A DNA stretch of 63,333 nt, the filler included, from Octopus bimaculoides (taxonomy: Eukaryota): NCBI RefSeq assembly GCF_001194135.2. It is 8 parts of 8 records of this genome, joined end to end, with 100 filler letters (N's around TTAATTAATTAA, not from the genome) between each part and the next. Parts side by side here need not be neighbours in the genome. Positions count along the whole stretch, not along the records: positions 35,069 to 43,970 come from NC_068995.1; positions 44,071 to 49,525 come from NC_068996.1; positions 49,626 to 57,052 come from NC_069003.1; 5 more parts are not named here. One strand, 5' to 3'. Position 1 is the first letter of the stretch; each line of letters starts with the position of its first letter. Below the pieces are notes generated by a model. The model was not told where the DNA came from. It did not search any database and saw only the letters and a program-made list of their open reading frames with translations. A program made the translations under genes and the position numbers. Shown here in pieces: positions 39,024-52,616 of the stretch.

Positions 39024-39808
39024 TTTGGATGTGTATGTGTCTCTATGTTGTGTGTATGCAAATGTATATATGCTTCGAATAGGTGTATACACGTTTACAT
39101 GAAATTGTGTTGCGTTCGTCTAAATTTTGTATGATTCTTGTGTGCGCATTAATTCTAAATTAATAAAAGATGTTTATAAATATCCTATTTTCAGCTTCGT
39201 GAAATGGGGAATTATTTTTGTGATGTAACGATGTGATTTGGCAGGAAACCTGAAATTACCGAACATGAACATGATAACCGAGAATGTTTCATAGTATTAT
39301 TGAATTCTTGTTTTCTTTAATCTATTGTAATTATTTGGTTAAAACCCTTGATGAAATAGAAATAACAGCAATTATCTTTAAATTCATTTATTTTCCTTTT
39401 TTGAAGTTTTGTTATACGTCATTATTTAAAGAAGAGGAAAAAAAACAATATATGCATGACATTCAGCATTGTAATTCATACAGTAATTTGACAGGCTGAT
39501 ATTATTTCTAAATATTGCAACAAAAGCGAAACGGTAAAGCAATCAAAGAAATAAGCTAGAATTCAGGATAGCAACTTCAGATGCACAATCGATCGGATAT
39601 TTAACGGGACTAATGTAACATTTCCAGTCTTCTTTTAGGTGATCAATATTTCATTTATAAAACTATTCTTGATTTACTCATCTAAAAATTTCAAAATAAC
39701 GGAGAATTAGTACTTTTCCAAAGTAGAATTTCTGATCTCCTGAGCGTATGGAAGTTTCTATAACCAAAACTTGCATACATACTTGCATGCATACATACAT
39801 ACATACAT

Positions 39809-39893
<85 letters not shown>

Positions 39894-39947
39894 TATATAT
39901 ATATGCATACATACTTCCATGCATACATAATACATACGTACATATAT

Positions 39948-40030
<83 letters not shown>

Positions 40031-40550
40031 GTAATAGTATCTATTATATACATGTATGTGTGTATGCACATTTATATATATATATGGATGAATGTATGTA
40101 CGTTGGAGGGTGCGTATGGATGCATGTATGTATGATTTTATGCATTGACTAATACTCATTATTTTAATAACTACTGAATATCGAAATTATATGATTTCAA
40201 TAAGCAATGTGTAGTATAGAGCAGCGGCTTGCAAAGCAATAATCTTTGTGGCAAACGTAAGTAATGGCGGTAAATCCTAAAGAAGCGACCATAATTTGCT
40301 TTCAGTTTAAATCGGATGGAGCTAGTGTGTTTGAAATCAAAATCTGATATTTCTACTCAAAACTTCTAAACAAAGAAAACCTGTTATGAAATTATTATTG
40401 TGCGAATGAAAAACGAATAACACAATAGGAACAAAACTATCTCTATTTATACGATGCTAAAATAAAAGTCGTTGCTTTTGATCAAATGAGATCTCTTTAA
40501 TTAGTAGCAACTATAATCTGGTTAAACATCATTCTATGCCAATGTGTTAC

Positions 40551-40648
40551 CTCAGTATAAGATACAGAGAGTGATTTAATGGAATTCGGCAAATCCATAA
40601 CGATACGATATGTCTCACTGTAATTTGTAGGGAGGCGTCAAGCGCGTC
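40551..40648 (-). CDS. Putative internal exon (98 nt, phase 0 to 2) of the minus-strand gene
   Basis: ttggttag|GAC GCG...CTG AG|gtaac gives DALDASLQITVRHIVSLWICRIPLNHSLYLIL(R), in phase with the 29357 exon. Confidence 0.4.
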
Positions 40649-40945
40649 CTAACCAAAATCAAGTATTTCCACCTGTAATGAAGTTAATATTTTATGAAAT
40701 TTTAACTGTTGATAATTACTGGAAAATGGTAATCATGAATGTTCTGAAGGTATAAGAGCACATACATCGATTTTCGATTCAAATTATGTTTTAACTCTGT
40801 AAACTACACTATGCTCACAATAATAGTTGTTTGATATCACTTCGTGCTAGAGCATTTCTAGGACTTTGGAGATAATGGTGTCATCATCACTAATGCATAA
40901 CACCATAACAAGCAGATTCATTCACACACAAACACATGCATACAT

Positions 40946-41013
<68 letters not shown>

Positions 41014-42212
41014 ATAAACAGAAAGGGAAAAGAAGTAGTAAGGGAGACGATGCAAAACTCGACACCTAACGTCGATTGTGTGATGCTTTAAGTCATGCTG
41101 GTCGACATATGTAGAGAAAACATCAGTTGAGAGAGATTTACTGGGGCTTAGAACTCGGGGATAATGCTATGGGGAGGTACCAGTGTGAAATTTTGGCAGA
41201 GCAGCGCACAAACTATATCAAGAAGACTACAGATCCTAAAATAAAGTAAGTTTGGGTAGATGCGACATTAAGCGAGATAGCTTTTGGGGTGTAGAAACTG
41301 AAGTCCCGGCGAAGAATTCAGACAGTATAATCGCTTCAGTATATTCCACTTATATAAGCAATGTCTGATTCCGTACTGAATATGACCTTTTCAACAGCCG
41401 TTGATGTTGCACAAGTTTGATAAGCAATCAATTTCTAAATTACTGGCTCTGGATAAATGGGTGTACATCGCTACAACGGTGTGAATTATGACATTTTAAA
41501 AAGACTATATTTAGATTTATTACCGATGTCACATACTCGATGCATGTGACGCGTTTGTGCACTTCTTGGATGCAGGATTCGTCCATAGAACAATCTCATT
41601 AAGATGTCGAATGTTAAGAAACATTGAATACCTTAAACCACAGTGAAATCAATCACCTCGTAGGAGAACGAAAACGATTGAAATTCATATTTCACAGCTA
41701 TTTCTGCTCGTCGGCCACGTATAACCTAGTTACCTCGAAACAAATTCCAGTCTCTGCTTTGAGTTGCTAATGTACAATAGTGCCACACACAAAAGAAACA
41801 AAATCAAACTTTTAATTAGAAGCAGCTCTAATAATGAAATAAATATTGATGCCACATACTTAATGTATACGTCTTCTTCATGTACTCACAAGCTCTGGGA
41901 AAAGTCCCTTTAAGACGTCGTGTGTTAAAAGAAGACTGAATGTTTCAAACCAAACGAAAGGAATCACGCTGGAGATACAGTGATTTTTAACACCCGACGT
42001 CTCACTAGGTCTTTTGCTTGGATGAATCCAACATCGAATAAGCGCATAAACAAAGGGCATTCATTAAGCATGTGACATCGGTAATGTTTATTTTATTAAC
42101 TTTTGTGTTTTGCCTGAGTAGATCTTCATTTAGAGACGTGCAAAAACATTGAACTGCTTACACCAAAACAATAAGACAAAGCAGAAGTTATTAAGCTAGT
42201 GAACGAGATAAC

Positions 42213-42331
<119 letters not shown>

Positions 42332-42664
42332 CTGTGTGTTTGTGTGTGTTTGTGTTTGTGTGCTTGTGTGTGTGTATATGTGCATGGATGCACGTGCATA
42401 TTATGTATATTGGAATCTCTAGACGATTTCGACATATGAAGGTCTAACGAAGTTTTGTTTGTTAATGTGTTTTAGGTCTTTTGTTCTTATTTGTTTTCGT
42501 AATGATATGTTTCTTGTGAGACCCTAAATCCACCCACCGATTCTCAGACAAATCCACAGACTGGACAAAAGATGAGATTAGTAAACAAAACTGCCAGCAT
42601 GTTATGGTTAGACTTTGTCTTCGCTTTCATCTCTTTAATGTGAGCTTAGTCGTTTATAACTTAC

Positions 42665-42680
42665 CATACAAAAAACTTCT
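42665..42680 (-). CDS. Candidate 16-nt microexon (phase 2 to 0)
   Basis: A TACTAAT branch-like motif upstream, then ctatatag|A GAA GTT TTT TGT ATG|gtaagt (EVFCM). Strong donor, but short exons like this arise by chance. Confidence 0.25.
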
Positions 42681-42765
42681 CTATATAGCCATTTAGTAAC
42701 ATAATATTAGTATTCGTGTACAATAAATTTCGTATTGTTAAATGTTTTGTTTTAATTGTGTGCGT

Positions 42766-42837
<72 letters not shown>

Positions 42838-43450
42838 GTGGGTGTGTGTTTAGGTTTCAGATTAGTACCATTTATTTAATAATGTTCGTTTTATTCAATT
42901 AATTCTCTTCAGAGGTATTATGTTTATTGTTAATGTTTTGTTCAATGTATTTCTGTGCAGAAATTTCAATTAAACTGAAACCTAACTCGGTCTAGTGCAA
43001 CTTATTTGCATCAATGTTTGTTCTATATTGTAGACTCCCTTGTGTATACTTTCCTTCTGCAGAGGAGACCTAAATGCTCCTCTGTATAGAAATTTCATAT
43101 CTGACATGTTTGATGACGTAGGTAATCATATTTTCGCAATGTATTTACAAGCTTTCATTACTATATTTAGTGAAAAACATCATGAAATATTTGTTATTTG
43201 TTAACTAAAAATTTAATCGATATTACATTGTAGAATAAATTATTTCTTCTCCGCGATACAAGGCAAAACACCTTTTACGCCTCATGATCGAACCTATTAT
43301 TTCACGGTCATTTGTAATTTGTAAGTATGTATGTATGTATGTATGTATGTATGTATGTATGTATGCATGTACGTATGTATATACTCATTCACTAACACAC
43401 ACAACCACATACATATATGTTTATATATACGTAGTAAAGATTAATATAGT

Positions 43451-43740
43451 AGACGGAGTGTAACAAGAAGCATTTATTAGCACAAACATTGTTTCGGCTT
43501 CATGCTTCACTGCTCCCTAGTGGACGTGGAACGATGCAATAACACCAGATGCCTCCTCAAGAGGCACAAGAGCCTTCTCAGGGGGCATCAATAATTTTAT
43601 AAGTTCAGAGAAGTACATTTCGATGTCGCTTCAAGCTACATGGTGGCATTGAGAGATGCCACGCCCACTAGAGAGCAGTGCAACATGAAGCCGAAACGTT
43701 TCCAGTGCTAATAAAAAAAATGTTTGCATACATTCCGTCT
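43451..43740. mobile_element. Fold-back/MITE-like element with about 80-bp diverged inverted arms
   Basis: 43451-43529 versus 43659-43740 (agacggagtgta...gtttcggcttcatg...ctagtggacgtgg / ccacgcccactag...catgaagccgaaac...cattccgtct), plus an internal hairpin gatgcctcct...agggggcatc. Confidence 0.75.
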
Positions 43741-44465
43741 TCTATATTGATCTTTTGAATATACCCCACGTGCACCCTGGAATTCTGGACTTAGATTCGA
43801 CGATGGATGCACAGCATTCCTGATAACGCATGCTAGCCATAAGTAGTGAAGGTATTCGGCAGACACCCATCTTGAAACCCACGCTGAAACAAGATTTAGA
43901 TACTGCTTTTAACGCCTACTTTCAAAACCTTAATTCTTTAACTTTAAATTCGACTTATATATATATATATNNNNNNNNNNNNNNNNNNNNNNNNNNNNNN
44001 NNNNNNNNNNNNNNTTAATTAATTAANNNNNNNNNNNNNNNNNNNNNNNNNNNNNNNNNNNNNNNNNNNNCTTGGAATAGCATACATAGAGATGCTGAAA
44101 CTTCACACTCTCAACAGCCATCAACTTAACCAGCTGTAAAGAAAGGCAGAGATTATAGGGTCCTCCTTCTCAGAGGCCTGATGAAGGTTGCTCCAGCAAT
44201 TCATGTAAGCACTCTTAACAGCCACGAACTAACCAAATGGAAAGACAGACATCACAATGACCTCATTATCAAAGGAGTTTGATGACAATGATGTTATCAA
44301 CTCAACCCAACAATTTGTGAAAGTGTCTACATTTACTAACAAATATTTGTACAATAAAAATATACATATCAACATTCTTGTTTTTTGTTTTTCTTGTTTC
44401 AATCATTAGGCTGTAATATTGCTGGGTGAAGTGTTTAGTTGATTAAATTAACCACAGTACATATT

Positions 44466-44679
44466 TTAACCCTTTAGCATTCAGATTACTTGGTCAGGTG
44501 CAAAGCTTTTTAATTCACATTGATTTGAATTAATCAAGCATTATCTTGTAGCTTTGAAATTTCAATGATATGAATTTATTTTCAGAATTATATTGTTGAG
44601 TAGTGTGAGAGGTCAGTTTGAACATAAAGAGATAGAATTTTCTGTCCAGATTCAGCTGGCTTAAATACTAAAGGGTGAA
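44466..44679. mobile_element. piggyBac-like MITE (206 bp between TTAA-type sites)
   Basis: TTAA|CCCTTTAGCATT ... AATACTAAAGGG|TGAA. A 5'-truncated relative lies at about 59551-59719. Confidence 0.7.
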
Positions 44680-44849
44680 TTCAGATACTTATTCATCTGT
44701 TTTGTATATTTTTTTTCCAAGCTGCTAAGTTAGAGAGATGTACAGAAACCAACACCAGCTGTTAAGCAGTGAGAGATAGGGGTGCATGCCTGCACACACA
44801 CACACAAACACACAAACATACAACTCTCACAGAAGTAAATCCACAGGAA

Positions 44850-45400
44850 AATTTTCCCTCTTCTTCTCCAAATTTTGTGGACTTCATTCCAATCTAGATC
44901 CCACTCATCATCTCTTACCCACACACAAGCCATGCATCCTATTCTTCTCAGACACCAATCGCCAGCCCATCTCACTGGTACCGGCTACACTTTCTATTTT
45001 GTCACCCTGATAGGTGGTGTCTGTGCTTACATAGACACCTCTCTTACCTGTCTCTCACCTTTCTCACTTGCATATGATTAGTAGTGATACCCAGCTACTC
45101 TGTATCAAAGTCTCCCACCATTACTCCCCAAAATAGGTTTGCACCTTGTGATGCCCTCCTAACATCTCAAACCACCAGCATCTCAGATCACATCTGCATT
45201 TACTCCTCTTTGAATTCATTGGTGACATCAAAATTCACCCTTCCTTGTGATGCTCTCATTCATCCCATACTAATTCTGATGGTACAGAAACTAATTCTTT
45301 TGCATTCCTCAACTCATTTTATCAACTTTTCTCATTCTCTGCATTTATTCCAGCTTTGCCCCTACTGGGTCATCCAACAACCACCTAACTGCAACTATCC
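44850..45400 (+). mobile_element. Decayed LINE AP-endonuclease region
   Basis: FSKFCGLHSNLDPTHHLLPTHKPCILFFSDT resembles F.NIRGL.SN...HHL...P.ILFL.ET; also GGVCAYI, IGDIKIH (GDFN.H) and APTGSSNNH (PLGSSDH). Confidence 0.65.
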
Positions 45401-47113
45401 ACCTCACATTCATATATCACACAGCAGCCTCTACCCGACTAGTTGGAGCCTGCAAGTTTCAAGCCACTACCCCTAGCAGCCTAAAAGTAGTAGGCTTCTG
45501 TGCTTCAATCCTGACTCAACACAGACACCTAGGCAGTGACTGGAATTTCTCTTCTAAGTATATCCCCTTGTTTCTCCGTATAACTAAAACCAATGTCCAT
45601 GCCCACTAAGTACTGCAGTCATAGGTGTACTGAAGGTGTTCAAGTGTACAACATCTATTAAAACTCTCAGCACAACAAAGTGGGTAGTATTTATTTAACA
45701 ATGCAACACTATTTCATGCATATCATTACTTCATGCATGTCATTGTACAACTCTCAAGCTATCCTATTTTTTGAACTACAGTTAATCTCTTTGGTCCCTT
45801 GTCAGAAAAAAAAAAGAAAGCAACAAAATGTTTCCCCCAACTATGCAGAATCATTTTCTCTTCCAATTCATAACAGACTCCAGTGAGCACTACCTCCACA
45901 GAGAGGGTCTCTACTATCACTGCCCACTTGGCAGCTTAATACTACACTGCACATTTTGTGGTTGGTGTTAGTTTTTCAGTTTTCTATTGCAATCAGAATA
46001 ATTTCCCCACCAATATTTCGACAAGATCAGCTAAGTCTAAACTTTGATGATGAAGTCATAATAAGACTGAAACATTTTAGAGTTGCTGAAATACTTAAAA
46101 TTACTAATTACTTTCTCGTGATATATGACACCACTGTGGAAACTATGGAAGAGTATAGCATTTACTCTGGTTTGTATTCTATCAGAGTTAGAAAATTATT
46201 CATGAAGTGGTTTTTTAGTTGAGTTAAAAACAATTACAGTGCTAATAAGCTGATCTGACTCTTGTAATTTCAAACTTAGAATATTCATATCAACTGAAAA
46301 TTAAAATTATATCTGTCAATGGCCAACGTTGCAATCAGATAGTACTGGAACCAGACACTGAAGAAAATATGACACATTCAGTTGATATGTCTATAGAGAT
46401 TGCAATAAGACATGAACATTTTATAACAGAAAAATGATTGAAGACTTAGCTATTAAATGGCAGTGGACAGAGAGAAAGTGTGGGAAGGAGAGAGAGGGGA
46501 GTGAGAGTGAGAGTGAAAGACAGAGAGAGAGAGAAGAAACAGAGTAGGAGAGAGAAAGAAAGAGGGGAGAGAGAGAACTATGCCATCAGGCGATTATAAC
46601 AAACTTTAAATTGAGACAGTAATGATGATAATTGTGGTGGTGGTAGTGGTGGTGAGTGGCATTATTGGTTGTACAGCTGGTACTGGATTATTTTTGAAAT
46701 ACCCCCTGCCCTTCTACCACACAGCCTAGGGTACTACTGGTGAAAGTGATTACTGAGAGATGGTTGATTCCATCTGAAACAAAGTTCTTTGCAATTTGCA
46801 AAATCATGGTATTTGTAATGAATACCCATTAAAATACTTGTATAGAATACAGCTTTCTATTTTTAACCTGTTGAGTTCTTACTATGAAGGGGATGGTTTC
46901 AAACAAAGATGCAAAAAAGTTCCATTGCTGGAATTTGGATCACAACAATAACATGTTTATATGTGTCTATGAATATACATATGTGTATATATGCATTTTC
47001 ATGTGTATTAACATACTTATGCATATGTGTGTATGTATGTCTCTGTAAATGTATGCGTGTGTAGTGTGTGTGTGTGTGTGTGTGTGTGTACATGCATATG
47101 TACACATATTCAT

Positions 47114-47493
47114 CGCTGCCAGAGCAACTGACTGGCGTCCATGCCAGTGGCACGTAAAAAGCACCATCTGAGCGTGATCGTTACCAGCGTCGCCTTACTG
47201 GCGCATGAAAAAACATTTGAGCGAGGTCATTGCCAGTGCCGCTGTACTGGCTCCTGTGCAGGTGGCACGTAAAAAACACCACTTGACCGTGGCCGTTGCC
47301 AGAACCGCCTGACTGGCCTTTGTGCTGGTGGTATGTAAAAGCACCCACTACACTCTTAGAGTGGTTGGTGTTAGGAAGGGTATCCAGCTGTAGAAACTCT
47401 GCCAAATCAGATTGGAGCCTGGTGCAGCCAACTGGTTCACCCAACCCATGCCAGCATAGAAAGCGGACGTTAAATGATGATGATGATGATGAT
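47114..47493 (+). mobile_element. SINE family C 3' module with internal subunits and a (GAT)n tail
   Basis: Three actggc...gtggcacgtaaaaa-gcacc subunits, then ttaggaagggtatccagctgtagaaac...gaaagcggacgttaaatgatgatgat. Confidence 0.85.
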
Positions 47494-48589
47494 GGTTTTC
47501 ATGTGTGTGTACAAATCTGTCTGCCTGTGTGTATGTATGCATGTATGTGTTTATATCTCTCTGATTCCATGTGTGTCTGTCTGGATGTATATAAGTATGT
47601 ATCACTGTGCATATGTATCAATGTATATATCTATGCATGTATACATATATGTATGTATGTCATTGTTCAGTTTTATTTCATGATTTCTTGCCAATAGTGA
47701 AAGAGCTGGTTTTTAACCTAGATCCAAGGCTGCTTCTTTGGAATTTCAACAACATCAACAGGGTAGTTTTGTATGTATGTATATGTGCAGATTTGTATGT
47801 TTTGTTTTATATATGTACTCTCATGCATGTACTTGCATAGCTAGACATATTCATATATTCTTAAATGATAAACTTATGGAAAATTTTACAGATTTTTACA
47901 GTTCCAGTGATGGATTGGATCTGTAGTCTCCAAATTAACTTTCTCCTTTCTGGTATGTATGTATGTATGTATGTATGTGTGTGTGTGTGTGTGTGTGTTT
48001 GTGTATGCATGTATGCATGTATGCATGCATGCATGCATGTATGTATGTATGTATGTATGTACGTATGTACGTACATGAGTATGTATGTATGTATGTAAGT
48101 ATGTATGTATGTATGTATGTATGTATGTATGTATGTACGTATGTACATATGCATGCATGCATGCATGCACGTATGTACACATGCATGCATGTATGTTAGT
48201 GTTAATTTTCAAAGGTTCAAGCGAAACATTAATGACATCAATCTCACTGGTCTTTGAGGGCCGGCTAAAACCCACGGACACTACCCCTTTACTCCGGACA
48301 CAGCAAGTCAAAAGAGAAAAACACAGCGGAGAAGTGCTGTACCGATGACTTTTTTCAGGTTTTCTGAGTTTGGTGGGAGGGAGAAAGTTATACTCAAACC
48401 AGAAACTTAACCTGTCTGCTTACAACTGAATAGATTCTGCTAAAGAAACCCATTGGCCATGTTGTTATGCTGAATTGAGCCAGAATAGATCTACCACTCA
48501 AACTACAGATGTTTAAGTTGAACATCCCCCACGTTGCTCTCAACAGTGTGGGAAGTCCTGGAACTCTGCTTATAAGTACTGCACTTCAT

Positions 48590-48963
48590 ATATTAACTGT
48601 ATTGATACTAACCTGTCTGCGACTGGTTCTGTGATAAAAATTCAGTTTTAAAATTATTTGGATTAAAAACTTCCATCAAAATAACATTTTAATTTATGTT
48701 CTAGAGACCAGCTTAATAATGACAAAGTCATTTTAATGAAACCTCATTATCTTCAAGATTTATTGAAACAAAAGTTGTGTATTTCAACAGAAATATAATA
48801 ACAAAAGAGTTAAAATGATCTAAATTAAAACTTATCAAAGTTTCATGTTCCAAATGCTAGTTTGATAATGACAAAGTTATGTTCATATATTTTTCATTAT
48901 TTTCAAAATTAACTGAAGCAAAAACAGTGTATTTCAAGAGAAAAATGGTAACAGAAGGGTTAA
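48590..48963. mobile_element. piggyBac-like MITE remnants with a duplicated right end
   Basis: Two similar segments of about 130-150 bp ending ...aacaaaagag|ttaa (about 48834) and ...gtaacagaaggg|ttaa (48963). Confidence 0.55.
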
Positions 48964-49296
48964 ATATGTTAATTAGATTTTTAAGAAATATACACCCAGT
49001 TAGATAGCCTTACAGCCTTGTGTAATTGATAGTTATCTATTGAACACAATGTTGCTGATGGTAGATATTTCATTTGAGAGATTGACATGGAGAGGATTTC
49101 TCAGAAATGCAAAATAGGCTGACAATCAATCAATCAATATGCTATTGGACATAGAAACAGAAAAGTTATTTAAACCATGTACGCACACACATGCACACAC
49201 ACGCACGCACACGCACACACACATACATACACACACACATATACATACATATGCACATACATTGCATACATATATATTTTTTTCTCTTTTATTCTT

Positions 49297-49470
49297 TAAT
49301 TTGTTTCAGTCGAATGAATTGACCTCAGGACTTATATCTTTGTAAGCCTAGTACTTATCCTATCAGTCTCTTTTGCCAAACTACTAAGTTACGGAGATGT
49401 AAACGCACCACCATTGGTTGTCAAGTGATAGATAGTGGGTGGGGGACAAACACAGACATGCAAACATATA
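49297..49470 (-). mobile_element. SINE family B 3' module
   Basis: caggacttatatctttgtaagcctagtacttatcctatcagtctcttttgcc...gggggacaaacacagaca. An older copy lies at about 59405-59550. Confidence 0.8.
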
Positions 49471-49484
49471 CACATACACATACA

Positions 49485-49525
<41 letters not shown>

Positions 49526-50189
49526 NNNNNNNNNNNNNNNNNNNNNNNNNNNNNNNNNNNNNNNNNNNNTTAATTAATTAANNNNNNNNNNNNNNNNNNN
49601 NNNNNNNNNNNNNNNNNNNNNNNNNTATATATATATATATATATATATATGCATATAGATTATATATGCATATATATATATATGTGTGTGTGCAAATAGA
49701 TTTGCATGCGAATATATCTATACATGTATATATGTATATGTACATATGTATACATATATATGTTTATATATGTATATGTGTGTGTGCGTATATATATGCA
49801 TATAGATTATATATACATATGTGTGTATGTGTGTGTGTCTATTTATATCTATGCATCCAAACCTATATTTTTCTGCGCGCACACATCCACATGAATACAC
49901 AAGAACACAGGAACAGTTGTTGTTCAGTAAATTGTGTTTTTTTAACTGCTAATTTCGTAGTATTTAACCTTCATGGTTTGTGTTATATCTGGAGTTGATG
50001 GTGTACAATGTGTAGGTTGTCTTAAGTCTGGGTAACGTTTGTGTATATAATGTATTGGCATGAGCTGCCGGGATGAAGGGCAGTGATCACGAATATCTGA
50101 GAGTTATGCAGAAAGTGAATGTGTGAGGTTATTCTATTGTATTGAAAGTGTTGTCCGTGGAGCGTAAGTTATACGCAAAACGGTTACTT

Positions 50190-50445
50190 TTCGAACTGTG
50201 AACTGCGAATATATAAATCCTAGTTTGGTTTGGAAAACTGCAATATGGATTGGATTGTAAAATTGCAGGTGCTGGTACAGTAATACATCAGCTCCTGCAT
50301 TCGATCATTAGCAGGTTAGCAAAAAAAAAACAAAAAAAAACCAAGCTTGCTATCTTCAATTCGGTTTGGGTGCCTATGCTTAATTATGGTAATGAATTTT
50401 GGGTAAATGACCGAAAGAGTAAGATCCCGAATACAGACAAATGTG
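50190..50445 (+). mobile_element. RTE-clade LINE RT-thumb fragment
   Basis: DCKIAGAGTVIHQL...KTKLAIFNSVWVPMLNYGNEFWV resembles D.RI..A..V...L...K.KL.I..S.F.P.LTYG.E.WV. Confidence 0.7.
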
Positions 50446-50454
50446 GATAAGAAC

Positions 50455-50491
<37 letters not shown>

Positions 50492-51290
50492 NNNNNNNNN
50501 NNNNNNNNNNNNNNNNNNNNNNNNNNNNNNNNNNNNNNNNNNNNNNNNNNNNNNNNNNNNNNNNNNNNNNNNNNNNNNNNNNNNNNNNNNNNNNNNNNNN
50601 NNNNNNNNNNNNNNNNNNNNNNNNNNNNNNNNNNNNNNNNNNNNNNNNNNNNNNNNNNNNNNNNNNNNNNNNNNNNNNNNNNNNNNNNNNNNNNNNNNNN
50701 NNNNNNNNNNNNNNNNNNNNNNCACGCATGCACACACATTGCAAACAGTTGGCTCTGTGGGGCGTACTATCCAGTTACAGTCAACCGGAGGTAATAACCG
50801 TTTCGTCACCTCCCTCCTCAGTACAGCTCACATATTCCTTCCGTCGTCCGTGTAACGGGTGCAGTTGTAACCGTTTCATCGAAACAGCAAATATCTTTGT
50901 TTTACTACTTAGCTCTCGGCTTTAGCCCGCCTCTCACAAACCTCAGCTATGTCTATAATCAAAACATTCACAGCTTCCCTGTTCATAAATCACTACTCTG
51001 CCATCGTGTCTAAGTGCATTGCTACCCAACCAACCAATCATTAACGCCGTTGGTCGAGCTACAAGATCTGAATGATTGTCTATTGACATCCATACATTTA
51101 ACACAAGTCTCACCGTGCTTCATGTCATTACCGTTTCCCTTTAACGTAACACCGCCCATGCATACATCCTTGCAACGTCTGTTGTATCGTTATTGCAATC
51201 AGGCAAGGAAACAAAGCTGTTTCTCTCAAATACTCCTGAGCTCCTCAGACATTAGTTCTAGTATCAGAAATAATGTCAGTCTTGGCTTAC

Positions 51291-51327
51291 ACTTGTTTCT
51301 GTTCTGTGTTTTGCTTTCTTAAATTCC
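51291..51327 (-). CDS. Candidate 37-nt exon of the minus-strand gene
   Basis: Very strong acceptor (long T tract, ctttttcgcag|GG) and donor AAGT|gtaagc. The frame GNLRKQNTEQKQ(V) is in phase with the 42680 microexon; a second frame (EFKKAKHRTETS) is also open. Confidence 0.3.
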
Positions 51328-51489
51328 CTGCGAAAAAGAAACAAAAAAAAAAACAAAAACAAACAGGTTGCAGTTGTGTGTTGATCTTCAGACACTTTGG
51401 AAACATCTCGACAACGATAACACAGAGCAGCCGCAAAAAAGTATCAGTGGAATCAGTCGATCTCCTGAAACTTATAAAAATTACACACA

Positions 51490-51529
51490 TTAGGCGCACC
51501 TTTCTATAAACCGTACACGAAATTTCCCA

Positions 51530-51574
<45 letters not shown>

Positions 51575-51600
51575 GCGGCTTATACACCGGAAAATACGTT
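51490..51600. mobile_element. pogo/Tigger-like transposon right terminus
   Basis: gcggcttatacaccggaaaatacg is the reverse complement of CGTATTTTCCGGTGTATAAGCCGC, a pogo-type TIR (from recall). Subterminal aggcgcacc...ctataaaccg is also present. Confidence 0.55.
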
Positions 51601-51822
51601 AGATAAAATATTTTCCTATTTTTACGTTTCAACTGAAATTTTCCGGCAGAAACTGACGAGCCATTAGTTCTCGGCTGCTTGTGTTTGCTGACATGTGTAT
51701 ATGTGATAGACACACAGACAGACAGACACACAGACATACAAACATCTATCTATATGTACATGTATGTATGTATACATATATGTGTGCGTGCGTGTACATG
51801 TATATATAAGTATCTAGGTATC

Positions 51823-51872
<50 letters not shown>

Positions 51873-52304
51873 GAGAGAGAGATAAAGAGAGGGAAGGATA
51901 GAAAGAGAAGCGGAGGGAGAGAAAAGGGATGGCGGACAGTTGTATAATTAAATATAATCATAAGAATACAAGGCCGTTTTGACGGTTGTGTGGTATGTGA
52001 CGGCAAATGATACTAATTCAGTGGGAAAGAAAGGAAAAAAACAAAAACTAAAACAACCCATAAAAAAATGCATCAATAATTACACATAGAAATACACACC
52101 AACCAACCATCCAAATAACCAACCAACTTACCAGCCAGCCAACCTACCATCTGACAACTAATCAACAAACAAACAGCGTAAAGTGTGGCATTTTAGTGGG
52201 TCGTGAGAAGAGTAAATAGCAAATAGAAAATAAACTATGTTCGGTGTTTTAACGAAGTGCACCGTAAGAAATGTTAATCATAGCATTATATAAGACAGCC
52301 GCGG

Positions 52305-52616
52305 CTCAATATGCAAATGTCATTGGTTGATTACATAAGACAACCCCGACTCAATATGTAAATGTTATTGATAGAATTACGTAAGGCAATCAAGACTCAA
52401 TATGCAAATGTCATTGGCTGATTACATAAGACAACCCCGACTCAATATGTAAATGTTATTGATAGAATTACGTAAGGCAATCAAGGCTCAATATGCAAAT
52501 GTCATTGGTTGATTACATAAGACAACCCCGACTCAATATGTAAATGTTATTGATAGAATTACGTAAGGCAATCAAGGCTCAATATGCAAATGTCATTGGT
52601 TGATTACATAAGACAA
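52305..52616. repeat. 91-bp higher-order tandem repeat (45+46-bp dimer) running into an 815-N gap
   Basis: A monomers start at 52305, 52396, 52487 and 52578; B monomers at 52350, 52441 and 52532. A decayed monomer precedes them at about 52262-52304. Confidence 0.95.

Noticed and set aside
43063-43121. Plus-strand exon candidate GDLNAPLYRNFISDMFDDV as an MFSD5 ENYGD exon
   Set aside because: The split codon cannot give Tyr, and similarity beyond GD is poor.
46309-46357. Minus-strand VWFQYYLIATLAIDRY resembling a GPCR TM3 DRY motif
   Set aside because: No donor follows, the frame stops soon after, and no other GPCR helices are nearby.
48613-48628. 16-nt microexon with good splice sites (and a second at 48424-48439) suggesting a series of 16-nt microexons
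   Set aside because: The first lies inside a piggyBac-like MITE remnant. Without it the second does not fit the simplest phase chain.
52305-52616. CRISPR array
   Set aside because: The units are contiguous with no unique spacers, there are no cas genes, and the context is eukaryotic.
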